This document shows positions 30,301 through 41,296 of a stretch of 64,000 nucleotides of DNA, in pieces. Origin of the DNA: Owenia fusiformis (lineage: Eukaryota); assembly GCA_903813345.2 (NCBI GenBank), contig CAIIXF020000001.1:25668001-25732000 (forward strand), written 5' to 3'. Under the pieces are notes generated by a model. The model made no database searches, was not told the origin of the DNA, and worked only from the letters and a program-made list of their open reading frames with translations. Made by a program: the position numbers and the translations under genes. Numbering within the stretch: the first letter of the stretch is position 1; every line of letters begins with the position of its first letter.

Positions 30301-31683
30301 TGAGAACATTGTACTTGTCTCATCTGTTCAAATATACAATTTACAAATGACCCACATCTTGAATGACATTTACTGCAATTTTATATTCATTGTCTGGTAT
30401 AAACAGAAATCTATATGCTATTATTATCTGATATTGATGGATGGATTCATTTCACAATATTGTGTACTGAATTGTAACATTTTCCATGTGTTGCCAGAAT
30501 CAACATTTGATGAGTTTGAATTATTGCCAGAAACATAGTGTTTTTTACATGCAGTTTTACTTTCGACCAATAATTACTCTATACATGCAGAGATCTCCCC
30601 AAAATTAGAGAAACAGGGTGCTACGTATATACCCCTTGTTGAAATTTTTTTTTGTTTTTACCCTGACAAAAAAGATAAAATTTTAAGATATTTTAACAAA
30701 ATTGGGATTTTGCACCCTGTTCTGTTGTGGACTGAACCAAACGATTGACGTGCTATTCATACAAAAAAGAATGTGTCTCTAAATGTGAATATTTTAGGTT
30801 CAAACTTGCTAGTGAGAAAAGAAAAGCTTGCATAATCTTAGCATGTATGCTAGTCACGTGACTGTAACTTGAAATGCAGTTTCAGTCCAAAATGCAAATA
30901 TTCACAATGTTATTTCTTTGTCAATTTTATTACGTACTGTGTAATATTATTAAGATTGACATTTTCAAAACAAACAGGTTTAGGAGAAAATCAATAGTGG
31001 TAAATTAGAACTATTTAATTGAAGCACTCTAACTATATTTGCCTAAGACTCTTACTAGAATCGTGTAGTGTTTCTAAATTGCATCGCAAAACAGATCGCT
31101 TTTAAAAGTCAAAGAAATATGTTTTGATGAACAAAGAACCCTGGATTGCAATCAGGCTTAAAAATGGTTAAGGTGAATCACTTTATACACTTTATATACC
31201 AATAGTTCTGGAAGAAGGATGTTTCCTATATGATCCAGATCTTTTTGTGTTGTTGTGTCTTACTAGTTGTCATTTTAGAAATAAAAACTGACAGTAGAAT
31301 GAAACAGAATATTCAATAGAAACACCATTGCATTTGTATAACTTTGTAAAATATGGAATATACAAATGAGGTATTGCTCCATATATATCCCCCCTTCCCA
31401 ATCTCTACAACTGCTTCAGATATAGAGATTGTCCACTGTCTACAAATTACACTGGCATTTTTGAATGATTTTTAAAAAATAACGCTTCTCATTAGAATGT
31501 GAAAAATTCTCATATTTGAATTATTGCATGTAAAGAGAGAAAATGGATACTGATGGATGACTTCACTATATCCAGTCAAACGTTGTTATTTGAAATATTT
31601 ATAACATTACCTTGTAAGCAAGACAGAATGGCAACCATACTGCAGACATACAGAAGGAATACAGCAATAGATGTGACTTTCAT
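1..31683 (-). CDS. KIAA0319L: KIAA0319/KIAA0319L (AAVR)-like PKD-domain protein, multi-exon, 3' part beyond the window. Coding exons in transcript order: 31611-31683, 29461-29760, 19858-20046, 12287-12451, 11591-11640, 10404-10512, 7375-7644, 6683-6793, 5753-5850, 5503-5590, 5098-5187, 4565-4762, 4224-4384, 3749-3872, [3246-3378 OR 2509-2641], 809-957, 248-399, 1-103
   Basis: All exons are flanked by AG/GT with compatible phases. Translation gives signal peptide MKVTSIAVFLLYVCSMVAILSCLQG, a Cys-rich MANSC-like domain, a Ser/Thr-rich region and five PKD repeats (e.g. YPPKANAGSNVIISLP..TLYGNASTDDKGIATYEW; LQVGDYTFTLKVTDTAGQTSTADVTVFVKP; DVLNNSDSQAVLQLANLVEGRYIFTLTV), which is the KIAA0319-family architecture. 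Probably co-orthologous to both vertebrate paralogues. Confidence 0.9.
809..957 (-). CDS. KIAA0319L: KIAA0319-like exon, second half of PKD4
   Basis: (S)GPKGATLENADRETASVSDLVEGIYEFTLTVFDEEDLQDTDTVKITVKP; phase-2 acceptor, phase-1 donor. Confidence 0.9.
2509..2641 (-). CDS. KIAA0319L: KIAA0319-like PKD4 first-half exon, variant b (mutually exclusive)
   Basis: 133 nt, phase 1 to 2: (E)KNVKPFADAGQDQTILLPLTSAVLDGSNSSDQSSISRYIWKQK; ctag/gtagat splice sites. Confidence 0.85.
3246..3378 (-). CDS. KIAA0319L: KIAA0319-like PKD4 first-half exon, variant a (mutually exclusive)
   Basis: 133 nt, phase 1 to 2: (E)HNKAPIADAGKNYVVKFPLHVATLDGSNSHDDQKITKYLWKIK; ttag/gtttgt splice sites. Confidence 0.8.
3749..6793 (-). 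CDS. KIAA0319L: KIAA0319-like PKD1-PKD3 exons (6683-6793, 5753-5850, 5503-5590, 5098-5187, 4565-4762, 4224-4384, 3749-3872)
   Basis: ALVVSAGEDKEIQLPTNDITLSAYV..KYKYEWSIISHP..LIAGLYQLKVSV; RINKPPAAVAKPAFQEVKLPNDAVIDGSESTDDDGVTTYLWEEVEGP; in-phase splicing throughout. Confidence 0.9.
7375..11640 (-). CDS. KIAA0319L: KIAA0319-like Ser/Thr-rich (mucin-like) stalk exons (11591-11640, 10404-10512, 7375-7644)
   Basis: Low-complexity Thr/Ser-rich translations (TLTTPTTTRTT; STSTTVHSASMIVTSTSTS) with phase-compatible GT-AG boundaries. Confidence 0.75.
7680..9025. repeat. ~31-bp minisatellite (GTAACATGAGTCTAACCTAGGATGTATTTCT), interrupted by an insertion at about 7773-8120
   Basis: Dozens of diverged units. 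The insert has inverted ends TTTATCCTATGCCAAGTAGAGTTTT and an inverted relative in the intron at about 3901-4118. Confidence 0.85.
9448..10064 (-). mobile_element. Decayed Tc1/maT-like DNA transposon
   Basis: TIRs CAGGGTGGGCCAAAAAACGCCAC with TA flanks; the minus strand at about 9610-9850 reads PDDRQANSSDANPSEYRVWEGLQEIV*..LKLAIKTG*..IDTAI, a stop-riddled version of the WPPxSPDLNP..W transposase C-terminus. Confidence 0.75.
10547..11245. mobile_element. Foldback/MITE with long imperfect TIRs
   Basis: ACCATGTGCAGTACGGCAAGTAATTTTAGAC... is mirrored by ...GTCTAAAATCACTTGCCATACTGCACATGGT; complementarity continues for more than 150 bp inward. Confidence 0.8.
12287..12451 (-). CDS. KIAA0319L: KIAA0319-like exon, six-Cys EGF-like module 2
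   Basis: Phase 1-1 exon: LPQKRPSDMTCEIGIIEDCLQYEECMPTSLRKRTGFCECIEDYHRDKDTGFCGK. Confidence 0.8.
13154..13318 (+). mobile_element. Minimal Helentron-associated (HINE/DINE-1-like) element
   Basis: Same ends as 16244-17157 (GACAAGGCATTAACATG..ATGTTACCACC / GGTGGTGACATAAAA) but without the internal tandem array. Confidence 0.6.
13335..13731. repeat. Dispersed repeat with terminal hairpin; other copies at about 20128-20531 and a fragment at about 15470-15557
   Basis: Shared CACACAT(G/A)GCTAGGCAAGGTGTG.. and AAAAGAATTTAAGCCCAAGACTCAATGCATTGT..GGCTTAAATCCTTAAA. Confidence 0.75.
14524..14563. repeat. (TTTG)n microsatellite
   Basis: Read directly from the sequence. Confidence 0.95.
16244..17157 (+). 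mobile_element. HINE/DINE-1-like non-autonomous Helentron with internal tandem repeats
   Basis: 5' ACAAG..subTIR ATGTCACCACC; internal repeats of roughly 120 bp; 3' hairpin ATGTCACCAC-TTTTTG-GTGGTGACAT followed by an A-run. Confidence 0.7.
19858..20046 (-). CDS. KIAA0319L: KIAA0319-like exon, six-Cys EGF-like module 1
   Basis: Phase 1-1 exon: ..EDCDPDADVIGCDINEVCKLQLTTSVIGYVCVCKEGYAVDQMTGACSR. Confidence 0.8.
21365..21904 (+). mobile_element. HINE/DINE-1-like element
   Basis: AACAAG start with GAGCTCT subTIR; ends ..GAGAGCTCAAAAAA. Confidence 0.45.
22426..22920. repeat. Five tandem units of about 96-111 bp
   Basis: GGACCACTTGAAAAGCTGAAAATG..ACATAATATTAAGTACCT with a variable number of AATACCT subunits. 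Confidence 0.9.
23683..24432 (+). mobile_element. HINE/pearl-like element with about four 145-bp tandem units and a (GAYCAC)n microsatellite
   Basis: subTIRs ATCACACCATC / GATGGTGTGAT+AAAAA; 145-bp periodicity (ORF offsets 23839/23984/24129); microsatellite at 24340-24395. Confidence 0.75.
24945..26983 (+). mobile_element. Large HINE/pearl-like element with duplicated internal blocks, (CGCACGMC)n microsatellite and a nested MITE
   Basis: subTIRs TATCGCACTT / AAGTGCGATA; 3' hairpin GCACTTT-TTC-AAAGTGC followed by an A-run; microsatellite at about 26890-26932. Confidence 0.75.
25849..26239. mobile_element. MITE (AGG..CCT ends, TTAA-like target; Kolobok-like) nested in a HINE
   Basis: TIRs AGGACGATTCTCGGTTTGGAGAAC / GTTCTCCAAACCGAGAATCGTCCT. 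The empty site GACCTAAATTTAAATCC is visible in sister repeat units near 25237 and 26401. A diverged inverted copy lies at about 23219-23541. Confidence 0.8.
27721..27937. mobile_element. piggyBac-like MITE
   Basis: TTAA-CCTCTTGA...TCAAGAGG-TTAA. Confidence 0.65.
29461..29760 (-). CDS. KIAA0319L: KIAA0319-like exon, MANSC/MANEC-like Cys-rich domain
   Basis: TPKGGMYAGKY...LTQCVKSCCGSRTCNTVFLHDETCFLIAC..PEACSP; phase 1-1. Confidence 0.85.
31611..31683 (-). CDS. KIAA0319L: KIAA0319-like start/signal-peptide exon (exon extends as 5'UTR to 31800)
   Basis: ATG at 31683 with an in-frame TAG just upstream; hydrophobic signal peptide; G|gtaat donor in phase with the MANSC exon. Confidence 0.8.
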
Positions 31684-33713
31684 TGTGCCCTAATGTTGAT
31701 GTCCTATTTCTTCACATTGCAATTTTGCACTTGAACTGAATCAATCCTTGGGTGTTACTTCATTTATATTCTAGTCCTCTAGTAGGTTACTTCTCGTCAT
31801 CTGAAACATAACATAATTAGATTGTTTTACAATGTCAAGTTATACCTGGCAGCAATATAATAAAACAAAATAATAGGTTAACTTTTAAACAGAGATATTT
31901 TGTTTATATATGCATGTGCATGTATAACTATGTAAACAAATACAAATTCTATAAAATTGAATAATTTGATAGTAACTCAGTGATTAACTAATTAGTTTAT
32001 TCTTCACATTTTGCTGATGTATATAAAGTTGGTGACAAATGATTTTTTCTGAAAAAATGCATGCCAAACTATGTAAATTCTCAGCGAGGCAACAACTTGA
32101 CAGCTCTCTTCTCCATATTACTGCTATTTATGTTTTATAAAAATAAACAAAATTTTAAGTTCCAAAATTCAATTCCACGACGACAGATATGATTCATTAG
32201 GATGAAAATATATTGATGTTACATCAGTCAAAATTTTCTCGTAAGATATATGCTATTATTACCACCTTGCCTGGCCTGTTCTAGGGGTATTAGTGCTAGT
32301 TTAGAAGGCATTTATTTTACTATATCGACCTGAGCAATATGTGACGTCATAGTGGCGGGCCAATAATACATTAACGCCCAGCAATTTTCCCCGGGAAATT
32401 AGATATCATTCAGGATGTAAGATTTTCTTGCTACATCAGCCCTGGGCAATAACGGTGGTAATAATACTAATAATGTCATTTCACTATATTGCCTTTCGAA
32501 ATTACGTTATTGTACTATTATTTCTAGCAATAATTCAAATTAGCAATAACACAATAAATATCCCAGTATGTATGTATCTATCTATCATTATTAATCCAAC
32601 ATCAAAGTGATCATCATCCAGATTAACCTTAAAGACTATCTTTCCAAAATTGAACAATATAACATGACTGTTGACAACCAACAAGAGGAACCACAACAGA
32701 CAACAATGTACCTGAAATGACTCAACACTAGACTAAACACAAGACAGCACCTCTTTAAGAGTAGAGTCATTTCACCCTGTAACAAACTGCCTAAATATGT
32801 TATCCAAGCAAGAAGTGTTCTGTTGACCAGTTCAAGACCAAGTTGGATGACCATTGGTGTAACAATAGTGTTATGCAGAATATGGCATATATTCATGGTT
32901 ACGCTGTATTTGTGATACAGGTGAATATGCCATTCTCAGCTGCGGTATATGGCATATTCAGAAGGTGAATAAGCCATATTCAGCAGTGAATATACGATAC
33001 ATTGATTTCACCAGATACCCAATACTCACCTGCGGAATATGTCATACTCACTTGGGGAATATGTCATATATCGCAGGTGAGTATAGCATATAACGCAGGT
33101 GAAGACGTAATACAAAAAGCCTTGATTTGATTGGTTGGGAGAATCGACTCAAAATGTAAAACTACGCTGTTTTACCAAATGAATATAGTAAGCGCTTTGA
33201 GTACTAATATCTGGATGTATTGAGTAATTTTATTATGTGAGATTGCTGAGTGATACTTGTTCATTAGTTGATAATATATTAAATGAACTGTACTAGACTT
33301 TTACCCGTTCTTTCAATCGATGCAAATGCAATTGACAATTGCGTACTTCCATATCACATTCTCATTGGTTAATGAGTATGTCATAAACCGCATGTGAATC
33401 TGTCATACGCCACAAGCGAATATGCCACAATCGTTCGGGAATATGACATATATTTGTATCGTGTTTACTGCGTAGCACCACGCACAGAAAGTAGACTGGG
33501 AACATAAACTTTAAGGGTACAAATGCCAGTGTTTATCTTTATTATCACAAATGCATTGTTGCTATCAAATAGCATGAAAGTATAAAATACGAAAAATGTT
33601 ATTACAAAAGCTAATGATTTATACTCATTTTAAAGGTTTTTTGTGAATGTGCGTACATGAGTGAATTTTACAAATAATGTGCTTATGCTCAGTGGTTGAT
33701 GCAATAAAGTCTA

Positions 33714-34213
33714 CCGTATTCTCTGTAATTAGCGCCCAGGGCGTTTAGAAAATTGAAAATACATTATTTAGACCATTCTAATAAGCGCCCATGTATGAAA
33801 GAAATCAGAAATCCCGAGGAATTTCATGTATGGCAATTTTTCTTGACAAGAATGCATTTTCTTCAACATATTTTTATAATAATATGACAAGTGCTGTTAT
33901 TGGAGAGAATACGGTAAAGATCGCTTAGACAATATTGACAGTGGTTGAAGACCCGTCTATGTCTAATTTATTTCCGGCACGCCCACTTTGTCATTATCGC
34001 CAATTACCTTCAATATTTCCACTAGAGACTGCTGGATATCGATCTAAAGTTATACATTATTTCTAATTTGATGAGAGATCATCATTTCTGAATGCCGATA
34101 AAGAACAATTCCTTCATTCATTATGGATTATTATGATTCCTCGATGTTTCTTGAACTTTGTGAAGCGGGGTGGGCGCTTATTAGAGAGTGGGCGGTAATT
34201 ACAGAGAATACGG
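33714..34213. mobile_element. TA-flanked MITE (Tc1/pogo-like)
   Basis: TA-CCGTATTCTCTGTAATTAGCGCCCA / TGGGCGGTAATTACAGAGAATACGG-TA, plus an extra internal TIR copy near 33900. Confidence 0.7.
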
Positions 34214-35176
34214 TATTTGTTGTCATTAATGTTTACTAACTTCTAGTAGGTTGTTGACAGTCTCATTTGTTAATTCTAGCGAATCAGTCATACCCGGAAA
34301 TATTAATATGGTAAGCAAGCATTGATTAAAGGTGATATGTATTTGGACAAGCAAAAGACCATGATAACATAGTGGGGACCTAAGTGGCAAAAGGACGAAC
34401 TTTCAAATTACTTCATACTGTAATCCGGGACTGTAGCCTAATAGTCTATTGCCAGAAGAAGTGTAGCTCCAATAATTCTTTCATATTTTATCATATTCAA
34501 GGATTCCCCAGTATATGATGTCCAATCAAAGTGCAGGATGTGATCCCCTGAACAATCATGAGCAGGGTTCTGACTAGGCTTTTAGACTTTTTTCGGAGTC
34601 TAATTTTACATTTCTGTCACATTATTTGTGGTAAAACTTTTGAGAAAATACATAAAACTATATACAAACAAGGAATAGGTGGTCAGAAACCTTTTAGAAA
34701 TGTATATTGTGATTAAAATAGGAATAGGACTATTTTTTGAAAAGTATACTGACTATAGGATATCTCTGATTTCACATGAGGGAGTAGTAGTTGCGATACT
34801 GCAAAAAATCCGGGGTCTAAAAATTTCCTGGTGAGAACCCTGATGAGCATGTGCTCTTTCAGTGCCGCACATTCGCATAGTAAAATTTGAAATTGTGGAA
34901 ATGGCATTTATTTCAGATTAACATCATTTCAACATCATAATTTCAAAACTACGGTAATAGAATCTACTATTGAAGTTACTCGATCCAAACTTGTAGAGAA
35001 TACTCATAAAACAACAGCGAACATTGTAAGATCCATTTAATGGCAAATGAGGCCTGCATGTTTATTAAATTGGTTATCGAACATGCCAATATCAAAGGTC
35101 ATCTTGGGAAAATCCCCCCTCCCCCTTGGTCTATTGCTAATCATGGGCTTTCAAGCTTCACTTCCTGTCCATAATG

Positions 35177-35640
35177 CAGGCCTGTCAACTTGGGAACACC
35201 TAACATGAGTGACTTGGAAATGTTGAACACCTCCCCTCAAAATGTGGACACCTTGGTCCAAATCTGGACACCTTGATCCAAATTTTGAACACATTGGTTT
35301 AAATTTTATTACATCTTGCCAAAAACACCTCAAATTTTTGCGCTCGCTACGCTTGTGTTTCAAACATCCGTCAACGGGGGGGGGGGAATGGGTGACATAT
35401 ACGTAATTCGCGTGAAAAGTCCGAACGAAATGCGTACATTTTTTTCCGACGTTCGTATTTTTGCTGTGTAGACGATCTTTTTTTAGAAATTTTTCTACAG
35501 AAATATTTATGCTTGACAATTACCAGGTAAAATGCGTATTTGCGTGACATTTTCTGTCACGCAAAAATAACTGGCGTGACTTCAAATTCTTCAGCAAATG
35601 CGTGACAAATACGCAAATTGCGGGACAGTTGACAGGCCTG
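35177..35640. mobile_element. MITE with CAGG termini (hAT-like)
   Basis: CAGGCCTGTCAACT / AGTTGACAGGCCTG; no clear 8-bp TSD. Confidence 0.55.
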
Positions 35641-35905
35641 ATTATGATAAGGATTACATCAACAACAAATGTTTCGAGATTAATTTTGATGTCAAATTAT
35701 ACCAAGTTGAATCGGTGGGTCGCTTGCAAAACAGTGGTAAACTTATTAGAAATCTTTTCCTGAGCGAGAATGAGTGAGTTTCAGTTTGAAAAATGAAAAA
35801 ATTGGTTTGCATTTGCAAAAGAAATCAAACATGTCAACGAATATATACATTATGCTTTCGCACTGCAATCATACAAACACCTTATATAATCAACACAACA
35901 CTTAC

Positions 35906-36078
35906 CTCTCCAAATATGACATCCAAACGCTGTTTAAACGTCTAAAAGTATGATTTATTTGCCTTATTTGAGTAGAATTTTGGACTTGTTTCTGATATCA
36001 AGAAACTTAAGATGACGTCATGACCAAGGTGCCCTGTATTTTGACCAATGAAATTACAGAAAGAAGTTTTCCGCAAAT
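35906..36078. promoter_or_regulatory. Probable bidirectional promoter between the KIAA0319-like non-coding first exon and PTRHD1
   Basis: Strong minus-strand donor GAG|gtaagt at 35905/35906; perfect CRE TGACGTCA at 36013-36020; CCAAT at 36045-36049; PTRHD1 ATG at 36079. Confidence 0.55.
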
Positions 36079-38842
36079 ATGGCTGCCCCCTCGGTGCAAT
36101 ATATTGTTGTCAGAGGCGATCTTATGAAAGCATTAAAATGGCCTCTAGGTGCTATTATCGCCCAGGCGTGTCATGCTAGTAGTGCAGTGATGCACATGTT
36201 CCACGATGACAAAAATACACAGGAGTACTTGGCTGATATCGATAGAATGCATAAAGTTATCCTGGATGTAAGTTATTTTTCTCCTATTATCGCCCATCAA
36301 TTTTTTTGAATTCATCAACGTCATCTTTTTATACACTCTTGCTTTGATAATGTCTTTTGGATATTATTATGAGAGGCATGTTACCTAATCAATATTATGG
36401 GTTCACGAAAAAGACCACCAACAATCGACCAGTCGGTGTTTTCCTCACGTAGCCTCTAAACCCAGGCCTCAAAACAGGGCCTTCAAGAAAATGTGTACAG
36501 TTTCTTTACTTCGGTCCAAAGCCTTCTCTATATTCCGGCTTTGAGGAGGAAGATTGAGCTGCCTTAGTATTATAAATATTGTAAATCATTGTGTCACACG
36601 CACAGTAAATATGGCATAATAATATGAAATATACCTTTATGTATAGATTTGAAGAACACTAGCTCACATCCCCGTCTGAATCTATTGTTATATTTGATTT
36701 CTTTAAGCGAGAATAATTGTTGTTGTTGTGTTGCATAAGCCGCTGTTTCCTCGGCAGTTCGTCTCGTGTACTGTTATCCCGTTCCCGGACTATGGTCCTG
36801 TGAACATCTCAATCTTTTGCCTGTGCGATTACAACATGGGAGAATTTTTTACTCATCTTACACTTCAGATACCTACTTCAATAGATTCCTTGGTAATTTA
36901 GCATTCTTTTCGTGTAGTTGAATCCACAATTGTCTGGGTTTATCGGCAGAACGAAGACATTTTCGTTTTTGATCGCAATATTTGCGTGTAACATTTAACT
37001 TATTTCAACCGTCAAATTCCTCCATATTGGTACTTCCGGGCTACATCCGGGACAGCCAAACGGGGGATTCCCCTTTTAAATCCAACCGCCATTTTGAAAA
37101 GTGATGGAATCTCTCTCGATGAAAAAGAGAAAATGTTCCCGTTCTGCCGATATACCCAGACAATCGGCGGTTCCAATATATTAGAAGTTACATCTTGAGT
37201 TCTATAATGCATTGAGGTAGGTATCTTAAGTGTAAGGGGCGTAGATAATTCTCCCAAGTTGTAATCGTACAGGCAAATGAATGCGCTCAGTGCAGGACTA
37301 TAGTCCGGGAACGGGATAAGTGTACTGTAGATTCAGTTTTGAGAATTTGAGAATAATTTCAAATGTTATTCACGTCCAGAACCGGAAGCCATTTTTAGCT
37401 ACAGCGAGAAAATTTCACCATGTGTTGAAACTCCGAAATGAAATTTTGAAATATCTAAATCCAGACAAGCAACGCTTCATCCTAAATATGATTAATATTC
37501 TTAAAAATATTTATAAAATTTATTAAAAATGAGTTCTAGGTGCGTGTAGGTGCGTGTATTACAGTACATACGAAATCAATGAAGTTTCGTCTAGCTGTAA
37601 GCTAGAGACTCGAGTAACAGTTTCTGAGTTTGGAACACAAATAAATGACAGGTGGATTTGCTGAAGTGAGGATTTCCCACGTTAAAAAGTAAGAGAATTT
37701 TCAAGAGGCCATACATCAGTGAATGAGATTATACAAAATGTAAAATATACAAATTTTAGGTGATATGTATCTAGACAATATTAGAAACTATGGGCTTTCA
37801 GACGACCATGGTTAGGAAATGGTGATAGAAAATCCACCTGTCATTTATTTATGTTCCAAACTGTTAAGACCAACCATATCAATACAGTTGGGGACAAAAA
37901 TAAATGACAGGTCGATTTTCGATCACCATTTCCTAATTATGGTCGTCTGAAAGCCCATAATTTCCAATATTGTATAGACACATATCCCTTAAAATTTGTA
38001 TATTTCACATTTTGTATAATCTCATCCACTGATGTATGGCCTCTTGAAAATTCTCTTATTTTTAACATGGGAAATTCTCACTTCAGCAAATCCACCTGTC
38101 ATTTATTTATGTCCCGAACTGTACATGTCAACCATTGGAACGAAAGGCAAGCAAATACTAGCCTTTCCCAATGGCCATGATATCATGATAGTAGGACTAG
38201 GGACATCTTGAAGTCTAGCAAATACTTACATGATTTGTTATTGTCATACTGATTACTGAACATGATGTAATGTTACGCGCATCGGGTTCTCTTGTCAGGA
38301 CACCATTGGAAAGCTGTTTTTGTCATACATGTATCAAACATAATGTAACATGCGCTTTCTCATCATGATCCAAAGTGGTTATTTTCGCAGTTATTATGTT
38401 TTGTGATTTTCGCGAGTTTTAGAAAATTTGGGAAACATAATAGCCGCAAATTCACAAATTGGTCAATCAATTTGACTTCTTCTGTAATACTTGTGTAAGC
38501 TCAAAGAAATATTAAAAAAGATTCATGTATAAAAGTAATAAGGTTTTCAATACAGGGCTCCAATTTACTGCATTTTATGACCTGTGAGTAGCATTGATCA
38601 TTATTATATAAAATATCAGAAAATAATATAATGATAAGAATATAAAGATAAACATATATTTCAATTTATAGGGGAAGGATGAGGATGTTCTTAACACATT
38701 ATCTGAAGCATTGACCGCAGATGGAATTGATCACAAACTTTGGATTGAACAGCCAGAAAATATCTGTACTTGTATAGCCACAAAGCCATATCCAAAAGCT
38801 GAAATACAAAAATATTTTAAGGGATTGAAACTACTGAAATAA
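36079..38842 (+). CDS. PTRHD1: Putative peptidyl-tRNA hydrolase PTRHD1 (Pth2-like); exons 36079-36267 and 38672-38842; 119 aa
   Basis: MAAPSVQYIVVRGDLMKALKWPLGAIIAQACHAS..RMHKVILD | GKDEDVL..IDHKLWIEQPENICTCIATKPYPKAEIQKYFKGLKLLK*; the WPxGAxxAQACHA and HKLWIEQPE motifs are typical of the family; phase-0 GT-AG intron. Confidence 0.93.
36769..37324. mobile_element. Foldback element in the PTRHD1 intron
   Basis: TTATCCCGTTCCCGGACTATGGTCCTG / CAGGACTATAGTCCGGGAACGGGATAA with about 190 bp of imperfect inverted arms. Confidence 0.75.
37628..38124. mobile_element. Two copies of a ~240-bp Tc1-like MITE in inverted orientation
   Basis: Each copy is bounded by AAATAAATGACAGGT(G/C)GATTT TIRs; 37628-37863 and 37884-38124 are reverse complements about 20 bp apart. 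Confidence 0.75.
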
Positions 38843-40584
38843 ATGAAAATAAATATAGGCAATATGCACTGAATATAGTACCATCATCATCAGAACCAAC
38901 CATCATGCATTATTGGTAATATCATCCTCAAAATACAAAATACATTGATGTTTATGCAGTAGTGACATCTTTATTTGGATAATCAGTAGAAATCAACAAA
39001 TTGATTCTGAACGATATGATACAGGAGATTATCAGAACCATGTTTTGGGCTGATATAAAGATGGCAGCAGCAGCAGAATGCTAATATTATCTTTTCTCGT
39101 CTATGGACCTGACTATTAGCATGATCAGAACCTTCCGAGGTATCCAAGAACGTGCTCAAGAACCAATAAACTTTTGTATGACACATGTCCTGATGTCTCA
39201 CTATGAGAAAAAACACATTTTTAGATGTCCAATGATCTTCGTGAAGTAAATGCTCAGTTCCATCTCATGATCATAGTGCCAGAATGGTGCAATGTTCACA
39301 CATGAGTTACCATGTCATAGAATATTCAAAGAATACGATATGACAATAAAGTTAAAGCAAGTGGATTAAAATTTATTTGTGTCTCTGTTTTTATGTGTAC
39401 AGTCTGTGGGGAAGAAAGTGGGGGTATTAGGGTTTTGCATTTAACATACAATGCAACAAGTGTATCGTATTACACTGGCGGATGGAGGGGGGAGCATGGC
39501 ATGGATCTTTTTGGGCATCATTGGGCCTCTTTTAGGCCAAATTATCAAAACATAGGCCTTAAATTTTCAAAATTTGGGCCCAATGTTTTCCTGGCTCAAA
39601 ATTGTTAACTTCTGGATCAGCCAGTGTATTACATATTGATAATCTTATCATTCACCATCTTTTTCGCAGTGCATGGCAAAATGCATAAACTATGTTATTG
39701 TGGCAATATTGTGGTTAACATTTTGTGAAGGCACTACCACTTTCAGCATAGATTTGACATACGCTGTCTTTAAACTTTTGTATTGTTTTTTGGTCCATCC
39801 ACCCTGTAGCCTATACAATTTATAGACATCTACTATATATCCAGTATTTATGTCTGATGCCACCTGAACAGCAGGTGAACAGAACTTCCTACAAATAGGT
39901 AGATCACCTTGATCAGGTTCAACCTAAGGTTTGTTTGGTTTAAAGATATATGATTTTAATAATAATTATTCAAGCCTATAGAACTAATCATCAATATCTT
40001 TTTAATTTTCCTGAGTTACAAAATAAATAAAAACTATGCAGCGTATCTGTGTATTGGATAAATAAATACATTATACACTTTTCATGCCTGATTAACTCGT
40101 CATATGACTGTCTGGATAATGATAACCCTTTGCAAATCTTGAATTTCTGTATCCTTTACATTCGCTCACCTTCGCTACTTAAAGAGAGTTTCGTATAGTC
40201 GTAGTTTTAGTATTGCTTCAAGACCCTTGACCCCCCCCCCCCCCCCATCTAACAATTGTATTTGTGAAGGGTTGTGAAGTAGGAGGGGGACCACTGTCTT
40301 GAATTCTATCATGGGCTTTCATCTATTGAATGCCCATTACATGATTCTATGATATTGCTAAAAATATTCAATCAGGATATGAAGTTCAAAGTCAAATAGC
40401 AGGACTCCAGACACAATCCACTCTGTCTGTCTGTTCCTTCCAAACAAAAAGTATGTCTGGTGCTGTCTGTTCGGAGGACAAACACAGAGAGCGTCGTATC
40501 GCTATCATAGCGTAGACGAGACAGACGAGGCGACGCTTTTTAACATCCTTTGAAAAATATTCCCCTATCAATGTTGAGTTTTAA

Positions 40585-41296
40585 AGGAGGAGGGAAGTTA
40601 GCGCAACAGATTTTGGACAGTCATATGTTTGATTTTGGCCATTTCCTGGGGGTTTAAACAGGTGCATATGTTAGGCGAATGCATTAGCTCCAGGAAAATC
40701 ACTTCTAGAGATGATAAAATAATTTTGACTTTGAGACAGGATAGATGCAAACAACCCACCCACATGTTTTTTCTGAAATTTTTTCCTGATTTTCAACCCC
40801 TTCCATCCTTGCTCTTTTAAATTTTCTTGCATCAATATGTTGCGTTTTGACACACATTTAATCCCTTAAAAGGAATAAATGATTCCTTTTAGATAAAGTG
40901 GAAAACAATATTTCCCATGTTATTTTCCCATAGGAAAAATCATTGCTTTCAGCTAAGTTTGGTCACCCATAATGGGTATCTTTAAAACCCCTGAAGGAAT
41001 CACTTATTCCTTTAAAGTGGTCAACTATGTGTCAAAATGCAACATATTGATGTAAGAAAAATTAAAAAAGCAGGGATGGAAGGGTTCGAAAATTAAGAAA
41101 ACATTTCATAAAAAATATGTGGGTGGGTTGTTTGCATCTACCCTGTCTTAAAGTCGAAATTATTTTATCATCTATAGAAGTGATTTTCCTGGAGGTGATG
41201 CATTGGCCTAACATATGCAATTCTTTAAATCCTCAGAAAATGCCCAAATCCAACATATGACTGTCCAAAATCTGTTGCGCTAATTTCCCTCCTCCT
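40585..41296. mobile_element. Palindromic MITE with TTAA TSD and AGG..CCT termini (Kolobok-like)
   Basis: TTAA-AGGAGGAGGGAAGTTAGCGCAACAGATTTTGGACAG... / ...CTGTCCAAAATCTGTTGCGCTAATTTCCCTCCTCCT-TTAA; arms about 300 bp. Confidence 0.85.

Noticed and set aside
40090-40190. Short ECKGY-like minus-strand peptides (also near 46110) as remnants of further Cys-rich exons
   Set aside because: Too short, with no consistent splice sites or Cys spacing; cannot be distinguished from chance.
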